This document shows, one piece after another, positions 34,040-37,185 of a DNA stretch of 37,185 bases. The stretch comes from Deltaproteobacteria bacterium (GTDB lineage: Bacteria; Desulfobacterota; Desulfarculia; Adiutricales; Adiutricaceae), in NCBI GenBank assembly GCA_031267005.1, contig JAIRZX010000513.1:1-37185 (forward strand), read 5' to 3'. The notes beneath the pieces were generated by a model that was not told where the DNA came from, searched no databases, and worked only from the letters and a program-made list of their open reading frames with translations. Each line of letters starts with the position of its first letter. The stretch's first letter is position 1. The translations under genes and the position numbers were made by a program.

Positions 34040-34701
34040 CGGGAGGGGAGCTGAAGCGCGGGAAGGCTTGGAGCGACGGTTGGCGGGATCAGTTCTCGGG
34101 AAGGCTTGGAGCGACGATTATCAGGAGCCGTTTTGATGCGGTGGCGAGCGATTCATGGCTGCGTTCAGCCCGGGCCGTTTGCCTAGATGGCGAAAAGAGA
34201 TTTTTGGCAGTTGCCGTTCCAGCCTCTCTCTCTGTCGCTCGCTCTCCAGGCGCCCGCTTCTCCAGCGGTCCGGTTCTCCGTCCCCGCCTCCCAACCTCCG
34301 AACTCGGAGCGCGATTTATTTTACGCCAGCAACTTCGTTCGGGGCATCCTTGTGAACCCCGGCCTCGGCCGGCAGCAGCCTTCAACCCCGCAGCGTCCCC
34401 CGGCCCCCGGAATCCGGCTTGACCGGCCCTTGGCTCCCGCTGGCCGCCGAGCCGACCAGCCGCGTTCGCGCCCGCGTTCAGTCTCAGCCCCGCCTTCGCC
34501 TTCGCCTTCAGGCTCCGGCCCGCACTTCCGCCGTTTTCGAGCTTCATCCGCCATTCCTTGTCCTGCCCGGCCTAACATCCTAATCCTCGTCCCCGCCATC
34601 TGAGCGACTTCCGGTCGCCTTCTCCGCTAACGGCGCGGGAAGCACGGCCGGTCTTGGCTCGCGGCCGCGCCCGGCCAGTCCCGGCGCCGGGACCGGCCGC
34701 C

Positions 34702-34730
34702 TTGCCAAAGACGGAGGTCTGCTATATATT
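34702..34730 (+). promoter_or_regulatory. Sigma70-like promoter candidate for the Imm-like gene pair
   Basis: TTGCCA (34702-34707), a 17-nt spacer, then TATATT (34725-34730). It lies about 90 nt upstream of the ATG at 34823. Confidence 0.4.
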
Positions 34731-34822
34731 CTTCGCGTGCGCAAAAATTCGCAACTGCCCCTCAAGGCCGCTCCAGGGGGCGAAGGCCGCCGCGGCGTGT
34801 CCCGCGGGCTTTGGAGTTCCAG

Positions 34823-35452
34823 ATGGAGGCGATACTGGGATTGGGGGTAATGGCGATCATCTGTCTCGTGGTGGTCACGGTTATCATAAACTTCATCCCG
34901 ACAATCGTGGCTTTCAAGCGCAACCACAGGCAGAGGTGGTGGATTTTCCTGATCAACCTGTTTTTAGCCTGGACCCTCCTGGTCTGGATCCTCTGCCTTA
35001 TCTGGGCCTTCGGGTCCGACACCGAGGACTCCTACCAGCATCCGGCTTACCCCCCCCAGCCTGGCTACGGCCCCCAGGCCCCCACCGTGAACCTCCAGGT
35101 CTACCAGCAGGGCCCTTACCCGCCCCAGGCAGGCTACCTGCAGGGCGGCTACCCCACGCAGCCGGGCTACCAGCAGCCAGGCTACCCGCCGCAGCCGGGG
35201 GTCTATCCGCAACAGAACCGGGTTTCCCAGGGCGGCTACCCGGCCCAGCAGTCCGGATACCCGCCTCAGGCCCAGCCGTACCGCCAGCCACCTCAAGCGG
35301 GTGCGCACCAGCAACCACCCCAGGCCGTGGCGTACCAGCAGCCGGGCCAGCGTCCGCCCCAGCAGCCGGGCTACCCTCCCCAGCCGGGCTCCCCGCGCGG
35401 CCCCTACCCGCCCCAGCCGCAAGGCCCTTCCGGGCCTCCCAAGCGCTTCTAG
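34823..35452 (+). CDS. Two-TM protein of the T4 Imm-like superinfection-immunity family with a Pro/Gln/Gly/Tyr-rich C-terminal tail of about 145 aa
   Basis: The core [41 protein letters not shown] fits the family pattern YFxPxxIAxxRxHxxxxxIxxxNxxLGWTxxGWxxALIWA. The tail consists of degenerate GYPPQPG / YQQPG repeats. An alternative TTG start lies at 34811. Confidence 0.75.
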   Translation: MEAILGLGVMAIICLVVVTVIINFIPTIVAFKRNHRQRWWIFLINLFLAWTLLVWILCLIWAFGSDTEDSYQHPAYPPQPGYGPQAPTVNLQVYQQGPYPPQAGYLQGGYPTQPGYQQPGYPPQPGVYPQQNRVSQGGYPAQQSGYPPQAQPYRQPPQAGAHQQPPQAVAYQQPGQRPPQQPGYPPQPGSPRGPYPPQPQGPSGPPKRF

Positions 35453-35548
35453 CCCGGATCGGTTCCGCCGTAACGGCCTTCCCGCCTCGCTTGCCCGTCC
35501 GGGCCGCCCGCCCCCGCCGGCGGTCGACCCCGGCCGAGGAGTTGCGAC

Positions 35549-35755
35549 ATGCTCACAATGATCCTCTGGGGCGTGATTATCCTCATAGCCGGGATCATCG
35601 GCCTTTTGATTTACTTCATTCCGACCCTGATCGCCTTCAAGCGGGGATGCCGCCACAGGGTGGCTATCGCCCTCGTCAACATAATCGGGGGCTGGGTCTA
35701 CGGCGTAGCCTGGGTGGTGGCGCTGGTTTGGGCGGCTTTGGACGAGCCCGGCTGA
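35549..35755 (+). CDS. Second, minimal (68 aa) Imm-like superinfection-immunity family two-TM protein
   Basis: SD GAGGAG lies 7 nt before the ATG. YFIPTLIAFKRGCRHRVAIALVNIIGGWVYGVAWVVALVWAA has the same motif architecture as the preceding gene. Confidence 0.75.
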   Translation: MLTMILWGVIILIAGIIGLLIYFIPTLIAFKRGCRHRVAIALVNIIGGWVYGVAWVVALVWAALDEPG

Positions 35756-35850
35756 ACCGGCCCGGCCCCGACCGGATCCGGCTCGCTCCCGTTCGCCCCT
35801 CCCTTCCCGTTGAGGACGCTTGCCGGAGCTACTCCCGGCGATGCGGCGGC

Positions 35851-35954
35851 TTCCCCTACCGCCCCTTCCCGTTACCGGGCCTTCCCCTCCAGACCCAGCC
35901 CCTTCCCTTTACCGGGCGTTCCCCTCCAGACCCAGCCCCTTCCCTTTACCGGGC
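35851..35954. repeat. 37-bp tandem repeat (two near-identical copies plus one shortened copy)
   Basis: 35881-35917 and 35918-35954 (ttcccctccagacccagccccttccctttaccgggc) differ only at the first base. 35851-35880 is a 30-bp degenerate copy. Confidence 0.85.
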
Positions 35955-36060
35955 CTTCCGCGCGCGGGCGCCCTCCGGGGGAGCGGGCCCGCGAGGCTCC
36001 GGGGCAGGGCTGAGCGAAACTTGACGAGCCTGCCCAACGCGGGACTTTGGAGTCAATCGG

Positions 36061-36621
36061 ATGCCTTCCAAAATACAGCGCCTGGCCGCCTTCGCCCTCG
36101 CCGCCCTCTGCGGGTTCGCGGGGGCCTTCTGTTTCAGCCTGGTCTCGGACAGGGCCGAGGCGCAGGATCCCAGTTCCAGGGCCCTCCTGGCCGGGGAACT
36201 GAGGCTTACCGACGAGACCGGGCGCACGAGGCTCCTCATGACGCTCGTGCGGGGCAAGCCCCGGATGTTCATGCTGGACGACTCGGGAGAGTACCGCCTG
36301 GAGATGGGCCTGGGCCAGGAAGGGGAACCGCACGTCTGGCTCCGCGACGGCGACGGGGCAAGCAAGGTCCAGCTGGCCCTGTCGTCTCGGGGGCTCCCTT
36401 CCCTGACCCTGGCCGACCAGAGGAACCGCGAGAGGGCGGTGCTGGCCCTCTCACGGGCCGGGGAGCCCACATTCCTCATGAGGGACGACAAGGGAGCCGA
36501 CCGGGTGGCCGTCTGGCGGGACAAGGACACCGGCGGGCTGGCGCTGGCCGATTCCAAGGGGCAGACGGTGCTGATGATAAGCGCCAAGGACGGCGAGAGG
36601 GCGGAGGTGCGGGTCTTTTAA
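36061..36621 (+). CDS. Secreted hypothetical protein built of six repeats of about 22 aa
   Basis: SD TGGAG lies 8 nt before the ATG. Signal-peptide-like MPSKIQRLAAFALAALCGFAGAFCFSLVSDRAEA. Six units follow with the pattern hxhxDxxGxxRhxh: ELRLTDETGRTRLLM, RMFMLDDSGEYRLEM, HVWLRDGDGASKVQL, SLTLADQRNRERAVL, TFLMRDDKGADRVAV, GLALADSKGQTVLMI. Confidence 0.7.
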   Translation: MPSKIQRLAAFALAALCGFAGAFCFSLVSDRAEAQDPSSRALLAGELRLTDETGRTRLLMTLVRGKPRMFMLDDSGEYRLEMGLGQEGEPHVWLRDGDGASKVQLALSSRGLPSLTLADQRNRERAVLALSRAGEPTFLMRDDKGADRVAVWRDKDTGGLALADSKGQTVLMISAKDGERAEVRVF

Positions 36622-36869
36622 CGCCTGGGTGCGCGGCTAAGCCGCGCGGCGCGAAGCCGCTTTGGCGGGAAGCGGCGCAGAAGTTAGCCGCTCGGCCTGC
36701 TTCCCCCCCCCGCCCCCTCCGCCATGGCCCTCTTCGGCGCGGCTTGGGGCGGGGCCGTCAGTCGTTGCTTGGGCCGGCTTCGGCGAAGCTTGGGGAGCGC
36801 GGCGCCAGAGGCGCCGCCTAAGTCTCCCGTGATTTTGCCAAGTGGCGATGCGGAGGAGTGGGGGTCAGG

Positions 36870-36911
36870 AAAATAACCGCCGGAGAGGCCTGTACGGGGC
36901 TTCTCCGGCGG
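36870..36911 (-). terminator. Rho-independent terminator for a minus-strand gene entering from the right edge
   Basis: A 10-bp perfect stem ccgccggaga / tctccggcgg (36877-36886 / 36902-36911) is extendable by 4 more pairs. On the - strand it is followed by TTATTTT. Confidence 0.6.
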
Positions 36912-36971
36912 ATACGGTCGGATCCCGCCCGGCCGCGACGGCGGGCGGTCTCACGCAAAGGCGCGCGACGG

Positions 36972-37185
36972 TTAGCGCCGGGCGGGGGGCATCGGGACCG
37001 GTGGCAGCGGGCTCGGCGTTGCGGGCTCGTCCGGAGCCGGTCGGGCCGGCTCGGGTTGCGCTTGGGCCGGCCGGGTTGGGGCGGGCTGCGCGGGAGACTG
37101 CCTCGCCGGGGGGGGGAGCGGGCGCGGAGCCGCCGCCCGGTGGGAGCGTCCGGGGGCCCTGAGGGGTGTAGGGGGGGAGCGCCGG
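36972..37185 (-). CDS. Possible 3' end of a minus-strand gene with a Pro-rich C-terminus (partial, continues beyond the window)
   Basis: This - strand frame is open from the window edge and ends with TAA at 36974-36972, about 60 nt upstream of the terminator above. It reads ...ARQSPAQPAPTRPAQAQPEPARPAPDEPATPSPLPPVPMPPARR*. Low complexity, so frame choice rests mainly on the stop/terminator geometry. Confidence 0.3.
   Translation of the reverse strand, partial: RRSPPTPLRAPGRSHRAAAPRPLPPPARQSPAQPAPTRPAQAQPEPARPAPDEPATPSPLPPVPMPPARR

Noticed and set aside
34654-36821. 456-aa and 333-aa + strand ORFs spanning the Imm-like genes, repeats and the secreted-protein gene
   Set aside because: They are Pro/Arg/Gly-rich alternative-frame readings that run across intergenic tandem repeats. 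The shorter in-frame genes have SDs, TM cores or a signal peptide, and family motifs.

Overview
This is a very GC-rich bacterial chromosomal segment with housekeeping operons separated by unusually long non-coding spacers and two small low-GC patches. On the + strand, 1-12018 holds the distal part of a dcw (division/cell-wall) cluster: end of an upstream gene, ftsW, murG, murC, murB, ftsQ, ftsA, a second intact ftsA paralogue, a 956-bp spacer, then a somewhat divergent ftsZ. Downstream on the + strand are a radical-SAM protein, a GH3 NagZ-like hexosaminidase, a hypothetical beta-rich protein, cdsA and dxr. A lone IS630-type transposase N-terminal (HTH only) ORF follows, driven by a perfect consensus promoter and ending at an abrupt AT-rich patch. 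On the - strand are a secreted two-unit M16 zinc peptidase, an ABC-F ATPase and the class III ribonucleotide reductase pair nrdD-nrdG. A decayed low-GC island (27.3-28.8 kb) lies between the ABC-F gene and nrdG and contains a PD-(D/E)XK/DUF1703-type pseudogene. A ~2.5-kb stretch (32.3-34.8 kb) has no convincing gene. The right end carries a tandem pair of T4-Imm-like (superinfection-immunity family) two-TM proteins, one with a long YPPQPG-type tail, then a secreted protein built of six short repeats, and the 3' end of a minus-strand gene. I recognised no rRNA, tRNA or CRISPR array. Many of the long ORFs in the supplied track (antisense or out of frame, Arg/Pro/Gly-rich) are GC-composition artefacts. 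The most unusual observations are the duplicated ftsA with a heptanucleotide repeat array between the copies, the orphan HTH with consensus promoter, the Imm-like pair, and coding density of only about 70% by my own calls. All family assignments come from motif recognition by eye; nothing was searched or computed.
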